Below, piece by piece: positions 1-11,193 of a stretch of 64,000 nt of DNA. This DNA is from Octopus sinensis (lineage: Eukaryota): positions 22,134,001 through 22,198,000 of the forward strand of contig NC_043003.1 of assembly GCF_006345805.1 (NCBI RefSeq). The letters are read 5' to 3'. A program made the translations under genes and the position numbers. Position 1 is the first letter of the stretch, and every line of letters starts with the position of its first letter. The notes beneath the pieces are model-generated. The model saw only the letters and a list, made by a program, of their open reading frames with translations. It made no database searches and was not told the DNA's origin.

Positions 1-221
1 TGTGTGTGTGTGTTTGTGTGTCTGTGTTTGTCCCCCCAACATCGCTTGACAACCGATGCTGGTATGTTTACATCCCTGTAAGTTAGCGGTTTGGCAAAAG
101 AGCCCGATAGAATAAGTACTAGGCTAACAATGAATAAGTCCTGGGGTTGATTTTCTTGACTAAAGGCGGTGCTCCAGCATGGCTGCATTCAAATGATGGA
201 AACAAGTAAAAGAGTAAACAA
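1..221 (+). mobile_element. SINE family A (tRNA-derived, CORE-like), 3' half
   Basis: Matches the 3' half of the full copy at 15762-16200 (tgtccccccaacatcgcttgacaaccgatgctgg...aaggcggtgctccagcatggc...gaaacaagtaaaagag). The same motif recurs many times in the window. Confidence 0.85.
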
Positions 222-384
222 ATAAAGCTTTATTAGAATCATTAGAACACTTCCACATAGGCTCTATTGGTTGCATGCAACACATCTAGATGGCAAATTG
301 TGGAAGTTGTAAAGATAATTTACGCCATTCATCATCATTGTTTAACGTCTGCTTTCCATGCTGACATGGGTTGGACGGTTTGAC

Positions 385-458
385 TGTATATATATATATA
401 CATACATACATTCATACATACATACATACATACATACATACATACATACATACATACA

Positions 459-490
<32 letters not shown>

Positions 491-530
491 GATAGATAGA
501 TAGATAGATAGATAGGGAGAGAGAGAGAGA
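385..530. repeat. Compound microsatellite (TA)n(CATA)n(GATA)n(GA)n
   Basis: Directly visible; the source of ORF 342..740. Confidence 0.95.
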
Positions 531-2134
531 TGTGTGTGTTTGTGATTGCCCCCTGCCCCTTACCAATGCTTGACACTTTCCGTAACTTATTGTTTCAGCA
601 AAAGGGATTAATATAATTAATATCAAGCTTACAAATAAGCTCTGGGATTGATTTGTTTGGCTAAAACCCTTCAAGGCAGTGCCCCAGCATGGCCACAATC
701 CAATGACAAAAACATGAAACACACTCACACACACACACACACATATATATTATCATCATCATTGTTCAACATCACTTAATGCTAAGCAATATCGCATTGT
801 AGATCCAGATGACACAACCAAACAATGTAATACAGTATAAGAATGTTGATATGACCCCTACTGATGCAATCCAGCAATGTAACCTACTTAGTTATATAAC
901 CAACTAACATAATGGAACAAGGCAAGATGGTGTATAACAACAATGTGAGCTGCTGATTTCACTAAGGGACATAACCATGTAATATAATGTTGCCAAGCAA
1001 TGTCACCAAGTTACATGATTAACTGTAAGTGACCATGTGGAGTAAAACGATGTCAGCTGGGAATTTATTCAAGTGATATGATATGGTTCATTCATGTAAT
1101 TTAATCTGTTGCTTTAACTGTGTAGTTAACCAAGTAATTTCAGCAATTACTTAACCATTCTGTTACTATGGTTCTGTTGAAATATACTATAATTGCATCA
1201 GTTATTTTTGAGAATAATGAAGAATTTGAGTGAATAACTTTGTCTAAACATCTGCTTAAATGCTGGTGTTTGTAACATCATCATCCAATGTTTTAAATCT
1301 AGGTTTTGTCCCTGTTGACGGGGGTGGCTGGATCTACATCAATGCCATAGCAACTGGGTAGGCAGGTGCAGCCCACCCCAACCATTGGGCTGGCTGGTGC
1401 CCATTTTCCCTTGCTATCATGAAGCTTTTTTGGAGCTGGATTTTCTACAGGGGGCATGCCCTTGCTTACCCCCAACGTCAGTTTCTAGACATGAGTGGTC
1501 CCGAGACCAAGGCCTCTACCACGATTTTTATGAAATGTGGTGGAAAACTAGCTCAGGAAGGCAGGGATGCTACTCCCTGAAACCGCTTTCGGAGCCCCAC
1601 CCCCTACATAAATTAACATAAATTAACATGAAATTTTTATGGAAGACTCTATTTTAGATTTCGTTAAAGCTGGAAGTTTTTTTTATCATAGAATCTGGGA
1701 AAATCTTGAACAGATTAGTATCAAAAGGTTTTAATGATTTGAGCTCAAATGCTGGCAATTCATTGGTTAAAATTCGAAGAATTAAATTACGTTAAACTTA
1801 CAAATTACAAATTTATCAAAAAAGCCAAGTGAAAATAATGTTTTCTTTTGACGCATTCTACCAGTATACGAAGTTTCAAATTGTTTAGTTAACTAGAAAT
1901 TGTGTTGAATTCCGTCCATCAAAAGGAAAAGATCCAAACAATGTAATTAATCAAGCGATTTAAGCAATTAATTAACCATTTTGTTATCATATTTCTGTTG
2001 AAATATACTGCCTTTGCTTCAATTAATTTTAAAATAAACCACACAGTCATGTGTGATTTCAAAATAAACTGCTTGATTTTAAAACAAACCATACAGCCAT
2101 GCTTGATTTTTACGATAGTGACAAATCTAAAAAA

Positions 2135-2351
2135 ATATGCTTTTCTGCTCTAGGCACAGTGCCCAAAATTTTTTGGGAGGGGGCCAGTCAATTAGATCTA
2201 CCCCAGTGCATAACTGGTACTTAATTTATCAACCCCAAAAAGATGAAAGGCAAAGTCGACCTCAGCGGAATTAGAACTCAGAACGTAACGGCAGACAAAA
2301 TACCACTAAGCATTTCGCCTGGCGTGCTAACGTTTCTGCCAGCTCTCTGCC
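2135..2351 (-). mobile_element. SINE family B (tRNA-derived head, conserved central domain)
   Basis: Reverse complement of the element at 6853-7085 (ggcggcgagctggcagaaacgttagc...gagttcaaattccgccgaggtcgactttgcctttcatcctttcggggtcg). Confidence 0.8.
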
Positions 2352-3127
2352 TAAGGTTTCTTTCAGTTTCTGTCTGCCAAATTCACTCTCAAGCCTTCAG
2401 TCGGCCTGAGGCTGTGGTAGAAGACACTTGCCCAAGGTACCATGTAGTGGGACTGAACCCAGAACCATTTGATTCAGAAGCAAGCTTTTTTTTTTACCAC
2501 ACACCCACACCTAATACAATTAGTGGAAACATGGTACAAGCTATCAGGTCATATTTGCTTGTAATGGCTAAGCTTTATAAGCTCGAAATGTGTTGACTGT
2601 GTCTTGGTGTTGTTGAATCAGTTTGGCTTGATTGTTATATTTACCATTGGAAACATACAATATTTGTTCATGGAAGTTGTTCCTGTCTAGCAGAAGATGT
2701 CTTCATTGTCTGTGGCTTAAGTCTATGTAGGTGTGAAAACTATCAAACAGTGAAGGGTAGTGTCATACGAATAGAATTATATGTATGCTCCTTTGCTCTT
2801 TTGTTTATTTCAGTCATTGGACAGTGGCCATGCTGGAGCGCTGCCTTAAAGGTTTTGGTGGATCAAATTGACCTTGGTTTTTATTTTTTAACTCTGGTAC
2901 TTGTTTTGTTGGTTTCATTTTGTCAGACTGCTAAGTTACAGTGGTGTAAGCAAACCAACACTGGTTTTCTAGTGTTGGAAGGAACAAACAAAAACATGAA
3001 GCTAGTGATAGAGACATTTACATTCATATACATACATATAGGCACACACACACACACACGCACACACTTTCTCACATTGGCACACACATAGACGAACATA
3101 TAGACACACACATATATACACACCAAC

Positions 3128-3547
3128 ATCAAAATCGATCAACATCAATGGAATTTGTAGTTGTGGTACCAGTTCCGGTGGCACATAATAGAACAATCCG
3201 AACATGGCCGTAGTCAGCACCGCATCGACTGGCCTCCGTGCTGGTGGCACGTAACAAACACCATCTGATCGTGGCCATTGCCAGCCTTGCCTGGCCTCCA
3301 TGCCGGTGGCACATAAAAAGCACCATCCGATCATGGCCGTTCGCCAACCTCGTCTGGCACCTGTGTTGGTGGCACATAAAAAGCACCCACTACACTCATG
3401 GAGTGGTTGGCATTAGGAAGGGCATCCAGCTGTAGAAACACTGCCAGATCTGACTGGCCTGGTGCAGCCTTCGGGCTTCCCAGACCCCAGGTGAACCGTC
3501 CAACCCATGCTAGCATGGAAAGCGGACGTTAAACGATGATGATGATA
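3128..3547 (+). mobile_element. 5'-truncated RTE-type LINE 3' UTR and tail
   Basis: Ends catggaaagcggacgttaaacgatgatgatgat. Related sequence lies downstream of an RTE ORF2 C-terminus at 8064-9176 and 37504-38274. Confidence 0.8.
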
Positions 3548-4054
3548 CACATATATACACATATATATAATAGTACACATATATACACATATATACACAC
3601 ATATATAATAGTTGCTGATATGAATGTCAGTTGATTTCTCCAGCCATGCTTTAAGAGCCAATGTTGTCAATTTAGAGGAAAAAAGAGTGTGAGCGATATA
3701 ACTGAACATTGAGGTACACCCGAGTCGAGAATAGAAAATATGATGTGCTGACGAGAGCTCTGTCAACAGATGCTGCAGAGCAGTAATCTGATGATAACTT
3801 CCGATGAAAGGGAATCAAAATGGACGTAGTTGTTTGGAAATCAGATACAGTTGAACCTTTGCTGCTAAAGTTCCCAAGAGTGGCAGAACATTTGTTGTAA
3901 AACAGGAGAACAAGTTTCCCACAGATCTGCTGCTATGGAAATTATATTGATGGTTACTGAGCAGCACAAAGAGTTTGGTAACGATGATGAAGCAAAAGAA
4001 GAAGAGGTGGTTGTTTACAATTGTTAAACTACAGCAATACACAAATGTAGGCAC

Positions 4055-4154
4055 ATATATGTATATATGTGTGTGTATGTGTGTATATAAATATATATGT
4101 ATCTTATATTATTTATTTATTTAATTGAACATGACACATCCATTTACAAGTAAG

Positions 4155-4205
<51 letters not shown>

Positions 4206-4389
4206 TATATATGTATGTATGTATGTATGTACATATGTATGTTTGTACATATGTATGTATGTACATATGTATGTATTTATGTATGTACATATGTATGTAT
4301 GTATGTATGTATGTACATATGTATGTATATACATATGTATGTATATACATATGTATGTATATACATATGTATGTATGTACATATGTATG

Positions 4390-4421
<32 letters not shown>

Positions 4422-4433
4422 TACATATATATA

Positions 4434-4484
<51 letters not shown>

Positions 4485-4652
4485 CATACACATACATATA
4501 TATATATATGCATATTCATATGCATATTCATGTGTGTGTGTAAGTGTGTGTGTGTGCATTATTGGCAAATACACATAGAGAGTCAATCATTCACACACTG
4601 ATGTAACAATACACATATATATATGCACAAATATGTATGTATGTATTTGTGG

Positions 4653-4700
<48 letters not shown>

Positions 4701-4760
4701 GCATATTGTTATGTGTGTGTGTGTGGTGTGTGTGTATGAGTGTGTGTGTATATATTATTG
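4055..4760. repeat. Compound microsatellite (TA)n/(TATG)n/(TG)n
   Basis: Directly visible; produces the stacked YI/CM-rich ORFs at 4113-4601. Confidence 0.95.
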
Positions 4761-5144
4761 GTAAATATACCTAGAGAGTCAACCATTCAGACGCTGTTGT
4801 CATGATGATGATGAGACGGTGGGGAGAGGAGTTTACAGAGATTTTCCTTTAGCTGTCAGTTAAGGATAATGGTTGGAACATGAATTTTTTTGTTCTTTTT
4901 TACTTATATTTTATATTTTTTTTTTAATTTCTTTTTTTCTATTTATGTTTTGTAGGGCAGATGTGAAGTGGAGAGATGGTCCAGGAGGATGGAGACGACG
5001 AGAGATAGTAAACGGATTTCTGTTATTCAATAAACAGGAAATTGGCTTAGAACCTTCAAATGATAAAGTCTCTAGCAGCCATTATCATCTTATTTGGTTA
5101 AAATCACTTCCTTCTGGTTAATGGGGGTGGCTAAGTTCGGATAT

Positions 5145-5155
5145 GGTGATGATAT

Positions 5156-5225
<70 letters not shown>

Positions 5226-5384
5226 GGTGGTGGTGGTGGTGGTGGTGGTGGTGGTGGTGGTGGAGTGGTGGTGGTGGTGGTGGTGGTGCTGATGATAATT
5301 TGTGTGGGAAGTGGTGGGGATGGTAGTATTTATCTATTTATGCTTCTTTCTCTCTTTCTTTTACTCTCTTTCTCTTTCTCTCAG

Positions 5385-5429
<45 letters not shown>

Positions 5430-5445
5430 GTCTGTCTGTCTATCC

Positions 5446-5525
<80 letters not shown>

Positions 5526-5650
5526 GTCTGTCTGTCTCTCCATCTATCTATCTATCTATCTATATATATATTATATATATATAAGTGTATATATATGTAT
5601 GTATGTATATATGTATGTATATATGTGTATGCATATATGTATGTATAAAA
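5145..5650. repeat. (GAT)n(GGT)n followed by (CTAT)n microsatellites
   Basis: Directly visible. Confidence 0.95.
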
Positions 5651-6017
5651 GCATCTTTACATATCTTCCTCTCTCACCCCGTCTCTCTGTCTCTGTATTT
5701 CTCTTCTGTCTTTCTGAATATGTTCCGTTTCTAACACATTTTTTTCTGCTTCTGTCTATTGCTATCTCTCTCCCACCCACACCATCCCCTTCTTTATCTC
5801 CTCTCTCTTTCACTTTCTCTTTCTCTTTCTCTTTCCCTTTCTCTTTCTCTCTGTTGTTTTCCAAAACCCAGTTCTTTCATCATCTCTAGAACTGGACCAG
5901 AAATCCTAGGCACGACTTAACTAAAGCCACAAACATTAGCAAAAGGATTCATGCAAGGTTTGAAATCAGAACATATTTATGTTGAAGGCTTATCATTAAT
6001 AAACATCAACTGCATAG

Positions 6018-6050
<33 letters not shown>

Positions 6051-6063
6051 TATCCTCATCATA

Positions 6064-6417
6064 AGAAAACACCATCCGAGCGTGGCCGTCTGCCAGCCTC
6101 GTCTGGCACCTGTGTCGGTGCACATAAAAAACACCATCCGAGCGTGGCCGTCTGCAGCCTCGTCTGGCACCTGTGTCGGTGGCACATAAAAAACACCATC
6201 TGAGCGTGGCCGTCTGCCAGCCTCGTCTGGCACCTGTGTCGGTGGCACATAAAATCACCCACTACACTCTCGGAGTGGTTGGCGTTAGGAAGGGCATCCA
6301 GCTGTAGAAACACTGCCAGATCTGACTGGCCTGGTGCAGCCTTCGGGCTTGCCAGACCCCAGTTGAACCGTCCAACCCATGCTAGCATGGAAAGCGGACG
6401 TTAAACGATGATGATGA
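6064..6417 (+). mobile_element. RTE-type LINE 3' UTR with three tandem ~62-bp units
   Basis: acacc-starting units begin at 6069, 6131 and 6193, followed by the common tail ...gttaaacgatgatgatg. Confidence 0.85.
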
Positions 6418-6852
6418 ATAATAATATGAGGGTATATTATTCCAAACTTACAGGGAAAAATTCAATGTAGAAATACTGAATCAAATTTCACAAAATAAAA
6501 TATATATATATATAATTTTTGTAAATGGTATAATTTAATTTTTCATTATTGAATTGATAAAAGGTGTTTTTTTTTTCTAATTTATGTATATATATATATA
6601 CGACAGGCTTCTTTCAATTTCTGTCTACCAAATCCACTCACAAGGCTTTCATCAGCCTGAGGCTATAGTAGAAGACACTTGACCAAGGTGCCATGCAGTG
6701 GGATTGAACCCGGAACCATGTGGTTGGTAAGCAAGCTACTTACCACACAGCCACTCCTGCGCCTAAACATGAACATGTAGAATATAACTGTCAACAGCTT
6801 TATTTTAATCATTACTGCTTAAGGTGCCATTAATTAATTAATTTATTAATAT

Positions 6853-7085
6853 AAAGGCGGCGAGCTGGCAGAAACGTTAGCAGGCCGGGCGAAATGCATA
6901 GCCATGTTTCGTCTGTCGTTACGTTGTGAGTTCAAATTCCGCTGAGGTCGACTTTGCCTTTCATCCTTTCGGGGTCGATAAATAAAATACCAGTTACGCA
7001 CTGGGATCGATATAATCGACTTAATCTGTTTGTCTGTCCTTGTTTGTCCCCTCTATGTTTAACCCCTTGTGGGCAATAAAGAAAT
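6853..7085 (+). mobile_element. SINE family B
   Basis: A-box-like gagctggcagaaacgttagc, B-box-like gagttcaaattc, and a central gtcgactttgcctttcatcctttcggggtcgataaa block. Many copies in the window. Confidence 0.85.
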
Positions 7086-7147
7086 ATAATTAATTAATTT
7101 ATTTATTTATCTTTTATGTTTTATGTTTTATGTTTCACTCATTAGAC

Positions 7148-7348
7148 CAGTGGTTTTCAACCGGGGTTCCGCCAGTACAGTCCAGGGGTTCCGCAAGGAG
7201 TTACAAAACTGCTAAAATCGGCAGTAATTTTTAATTCTCCTGTGCAGATATGTATGCATAAGACTATTAAATTATTGCACAGGGGTTCCTCGAGCCAGTG
7301 GAATGCTTCCTTGGGGTTCCGCTCCAGCAAAAAGTTTGAAAAGCACTG
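7148..7348. mobile_element. hAT (Charlie-like) MITE inserted in a SINE-A tail
   Basis: TIRs cagtggttttcaa / ttgaaaagcactg. Exact 8-bp TSD cattagac at 7140-7147 and 7349-7356. Confidence 0.9.
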
Positions 7349-8015
7349 CATTAGACTGTGGCCATGCTGGGGCACTGCCAATGATATTCTTGTTTAAGAA
7401 TAATAAATTTATATTCTACAAAAATATACAGCAACCCATCAAACTAATGTAAAGCTGTTTTTATTACAACTAAACATAAACACACCACACACACACACAC
7501 ACACAAATTTACACACATACGCATACACACACATGCAGGTGTGTGCCTATCTATGTTATTTCAAAACTGTAGATAAAGTAAGCTCCAGAGATGTGATTCT
7601 GAATCAGGGCCAAGCAAGCAAAAGGCTCTGGAGACATGTCTGATGTTAAATTTAAAGGTTAGAGAAGGATGTCACAGATTTGGCAGTGGGAGCGTGAGGG
7701 AATTACACAACTTTAAATATCATATTTGAAAATGAGAGCAGCCTTAGTCAGCCCTTGGATCATATATATGTGTGTGTGTGTGCGTGTTTATGTGTGTGTG
7801 TGTGTGTGTTTATATATATAGACACACACATATATTATTATCATTGTCACCATCAATTAATATCCATTTTCCATACTGTCATATGTACAATATATATATA
7901 TATAGTTATATAGTTATATATAAACATACCTACACACATATTATTATCATTGACATAATCATTTAATATCCGTTTTCCATACTAGCATATGTATAATATG
8001 TACATATATGTATAC

Positions 8016-8059
<44 letters not shown>

Positions 8060-8063
8060 TATA

Positions 8064-9176
8064 TCATCATCATCATCATCATCGTTTAACGTCTGCTTTC
8101 CATGAGTTGGATGATTTGACTGAGGACTGGCGAACCAGATGGCTGCACCAGGCTCCTATCTGATCTGGCAGAGTTTCTACAGCTGGATGCCTTTCCTAAC
8201 GCCAACCACTCCAAGAGTGTAGTGGGTGCTTTTATGTGCCACTGGCACAAGGGCCAGTCAAGCAGTACTGGCAACGGCCATGCTCAAGTGGTGTTTTTTA
8301 CGTGTCACCTGCATAGGAGCCAGTCCAGCGGCACTAGCAACAACCTCACTAGAATGTTTTTCACGTGCCAGTAAAGCAACGCTGGTAATGATCATGTTTG
8401 AATGGTGCTTTTTATTTTCCACCAGCATGGAAGCCATTCAGCTGCTCTGGCAGCAATCATGCTCGGATGGTGTTCTTCCCGCTCCATTGGCATTGGTGCC
8501 AGTCATCGAATTTGCGAATTTGATTTGATTTTGATTTTACTTGCCTCAACAGGTATTCACAAGTAGAGTTTAGTGTTCAAAGAAGGAAAGGTACACATAA
8601 GAGGTTTGGTTACACCCCTGGCATAGGCTATGGCTTATGGTCTCACTTGGCTCGCTGGGTCTTCTCACGCACTGTATATTTCCAAAGGTCTCAGTCACTA
8701 GTCATTGCCTCGGTGAGGCCTAATATTCAAAGGTCATGCTTCACCACCTTATCCCAGGTCTTCCTGGGTCTACCTCTTCCACAGGTTTCCTCAACTGCTA
8801 GGGTGTGGCACTTTTTCACACAGCTATCCTCATCCATTCTCACCACATGACCAAACCAGCACAGTCGTCTCTCTTGCACACCACATCTGATGCTTCTTAG
8901 GTCCAACTTTTCTCTCAAGGTACTAACACTCTGTTGAGTAAGCACACTGACATTACACATCCATCGGAGCATACTTGCTTCATTCCTTGCAAGCTTATGC
9001 ATGTCCTCAGCAGTCACAGCCCATGTTTCGCTGCCATGTTGCATGGCTGTTCGTGCACATGCATCATACAGTCTACCTTTTACTCTGAGTGAGAGGCCCT
9101 TTGTCACCAGCAGAGGTAGGAGCTCTCTGAACTTTGCCCAGGCTATTCTTATTCTAGCAGCTACTGACATGGTCAC
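8064..9176 (-). mobile_element. RTE-clade LINE, 5'-truncated: ORF2 C-terminus plus 3' UTR
   Basis: ORF 8727..9176 (RIRIAWAKFREL...LYDACARTAMQHGSETW...RRLCWFGHVVRMDEDS...GRGRPRKTW) is typical of the region after the RT domain in RTE elements. It is followed by the UTR and a (GAT)n tail. Confidence 0.9.
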
Positions 9177-9497
9177 CTAAGTAACACACACACACATATA
9201 TATATACATAATTTTATATGTATATATATATACATAATTTTATACTAATTTTATATGTTCTACTTATTTTTTTAGTTTGCGATCAGAAGTGTCATTTTCA
9301 TTGGATGGTAAAAGAAACAGATAAGTTTTTATGCAGATAAGTTCTTTAATCTCAAACACACACACACACACACAAATTAAATTAAAATAAAACTAAAATT
9401 CTACTCATATTTAAAATGCAGCAAACCTGCAATACATCTATGTGTATAGAAAATACCTTTTCAATAAAATTTTAAGTAATTCAATAAAGAATATTTG

Positions 9498-9745
9498 TTG
9501 GGTTGGTGCATAAATATTGCGGCTTTTTTTCATCAAATTTTATTCAACAAAAACGATAATATTTAACAAAAACATCTTTAAATGACGGTCTGACTGCCTG
9601 CCAAGCAAATAAGAAGCAATAATTGAAGTAGATCGTGAATAAGCTCCGGAATAATCATTTAAAGATATTTTTGTTACATGTTATTATTGTTTTTGAGGAA
9701 TAAAATTTGTTGAAAAAAAGCCGCAATAATTATGCACCAACCCAA
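9498..9745. mobile_element. Mariner MITE (Hsmar1/MADE1-like TIRs)
   Basis: ttgggttggtgcataaatattgcggcttttt ... aaaaaagccgcaataattatgcaccaacccaa, followed by TA. The TIR resembles the Hsmar1 TIR TTAGGTTGGTGCAAAAGTAATTGCGG. Confidence 0.85.
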
Positions 9746-10169
9746 TATATACACTTCACAAAAATATACAACCCAATATATACACTTTATAAAAAAATAT
9801 CTTTTGAACTAAAATATATGTAATACATGCATTTTATTTTGATCGTGCATCTAGTAAAAGCTATCAAACAATAAAAAGAAAAGAAAATGGTATAATTTGT
9901 TTATGACCAGGAGGTCTATGGCTAGGTGGACGGTAGCTGCCAGCCAACTTTGGCAGTTGGTGCATCAAACAAAAATCACCTGAATGGCCATCGTCCAATG
10001 CCGAAGCAAGTTTTAAAAAATATATGGAAAAACAGATTGTCAAAATGGTTGCTCTGGTTGATCACTTAGAGTTAGATAGCCTAATGATTGCAAAATATTT
10101 GAAGGATTTTCAATGCATTATTGTAATATGTCACTGTTTTATTAAAAGCGATTTTATTTGAGAATATTC

Positions 10170-10570
10170 CTTTATTCTTTTATTTGTTTCAGTGATTTTA
10201 CTGTGGCCATGCTGGAGCACTACTTTTAGTCGAACAAATCAACCCCAGGACTTATTCTTTGTAAGCCTAGTACTTATTTTATCGATCTCTTTTGCTAAAC
10301 CACTATCTTATGGGGACGTGAATGCACCAAGATCGGTTGTTAAGTGATGGTAGTGAGGGATAAACACAGACACACAAACACACATACATGTATCAATATA
10401 TATATGATGAGCTTCTTTCTGTTTTCATCTACCAAATCCATTCAAATCCAAGACTTTGGTTGGCCTGAGGCTATAGTGGAAGACACTTGCCCAAGGTGCC
10501 ATGCAGTGGGACTGAACCCGGAACCATGTGGTTGGTAAGCAAGTTACTTACCATACACCCACTCCTGCGT
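10170..10570 (-). mobile_element. SINE family A, near full length, diverged
   Basis: Reverse complement of the family A sequence at 15762-16200. Confidence 0.8.
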
Positions 10571-11157
10571 ATATATATATATATATTATATGTCAAGCTT
10601 CTTTCAGTTTCTGTCTACCAAATCCACTCACAAAGCTTTGGTTGGCCTGAGGCTATAGTGGAAGACACTTGCCCAAAGTGCCATGCAGTGTGGAACGTTA
10701 GGCAAGTGCCTTCAACTATGGCCTTGGACCAACCAAGGCCTTGTGGGTGGATTTGCTTGATGGAAACTGAAGGAAGCCCATTCTAGATGTGTATGTATAT
10801 ATATATTTGTGTGTGTGTGTGTGTGTATTTACACACATATGTATACATATTCTTTTATTCTTTTATTTGTTTCAGTCATCTGACTATGGCCATGCTGGAG
10901 CATCACCTTTTTATTTGAACAAAATGACCCCCAGGACTTATTGTTTGTAAGCCTGGTACTTATTCTATTGGTCTCTTGCTGAACCACTAAGTGACAGGAA
11001 CGTAAACACACCAACATTGGTTGCCAAGCGATGATGGAGGAGGGAAGACAAAAACTAATAGATATTTATACACACCACACACACACATATGTATATGTGC
11101 GTATGTGTATATATATATAAAATTATATGTGTATATATATATATATAATTATATGTA

Positions 11158-11190
<33 letters not shown>

Positions 11191-11193
<3 letters not shown>

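Noticed and set aside
2243-2596. ORFs beginning MKGKVDL.../MQGGELAETLARR... (also 52989-53319, 51182-51794)
   Set aside because: They are frames through SINE-B and SINE-A sequence.
3786-3815. CTGATGA...GAAA spacing resembling a hammerhead
   Set aside because: The intervening bases cannot form stem II, and stems I and III are missing.
4113-4601. Stacked long ORFs rich in Y/I/C/M/H/T (also 26993-27494, 28108-28839, 56737-57868)
   Set aside because: They are translations of (TA)n, (TATG)n, (CTAT)n and minisatellite tracts, open in many frames on both strands.
6059-6388. Recurrent ORFs such as MLAWVGRFNWG... and MPPTQVPDEA... (also 3331, 22303-22685, 37626-38007)
   Set aside because: They are frames across the RTE LINE 3' UTR and its tandem units, not a gene family.
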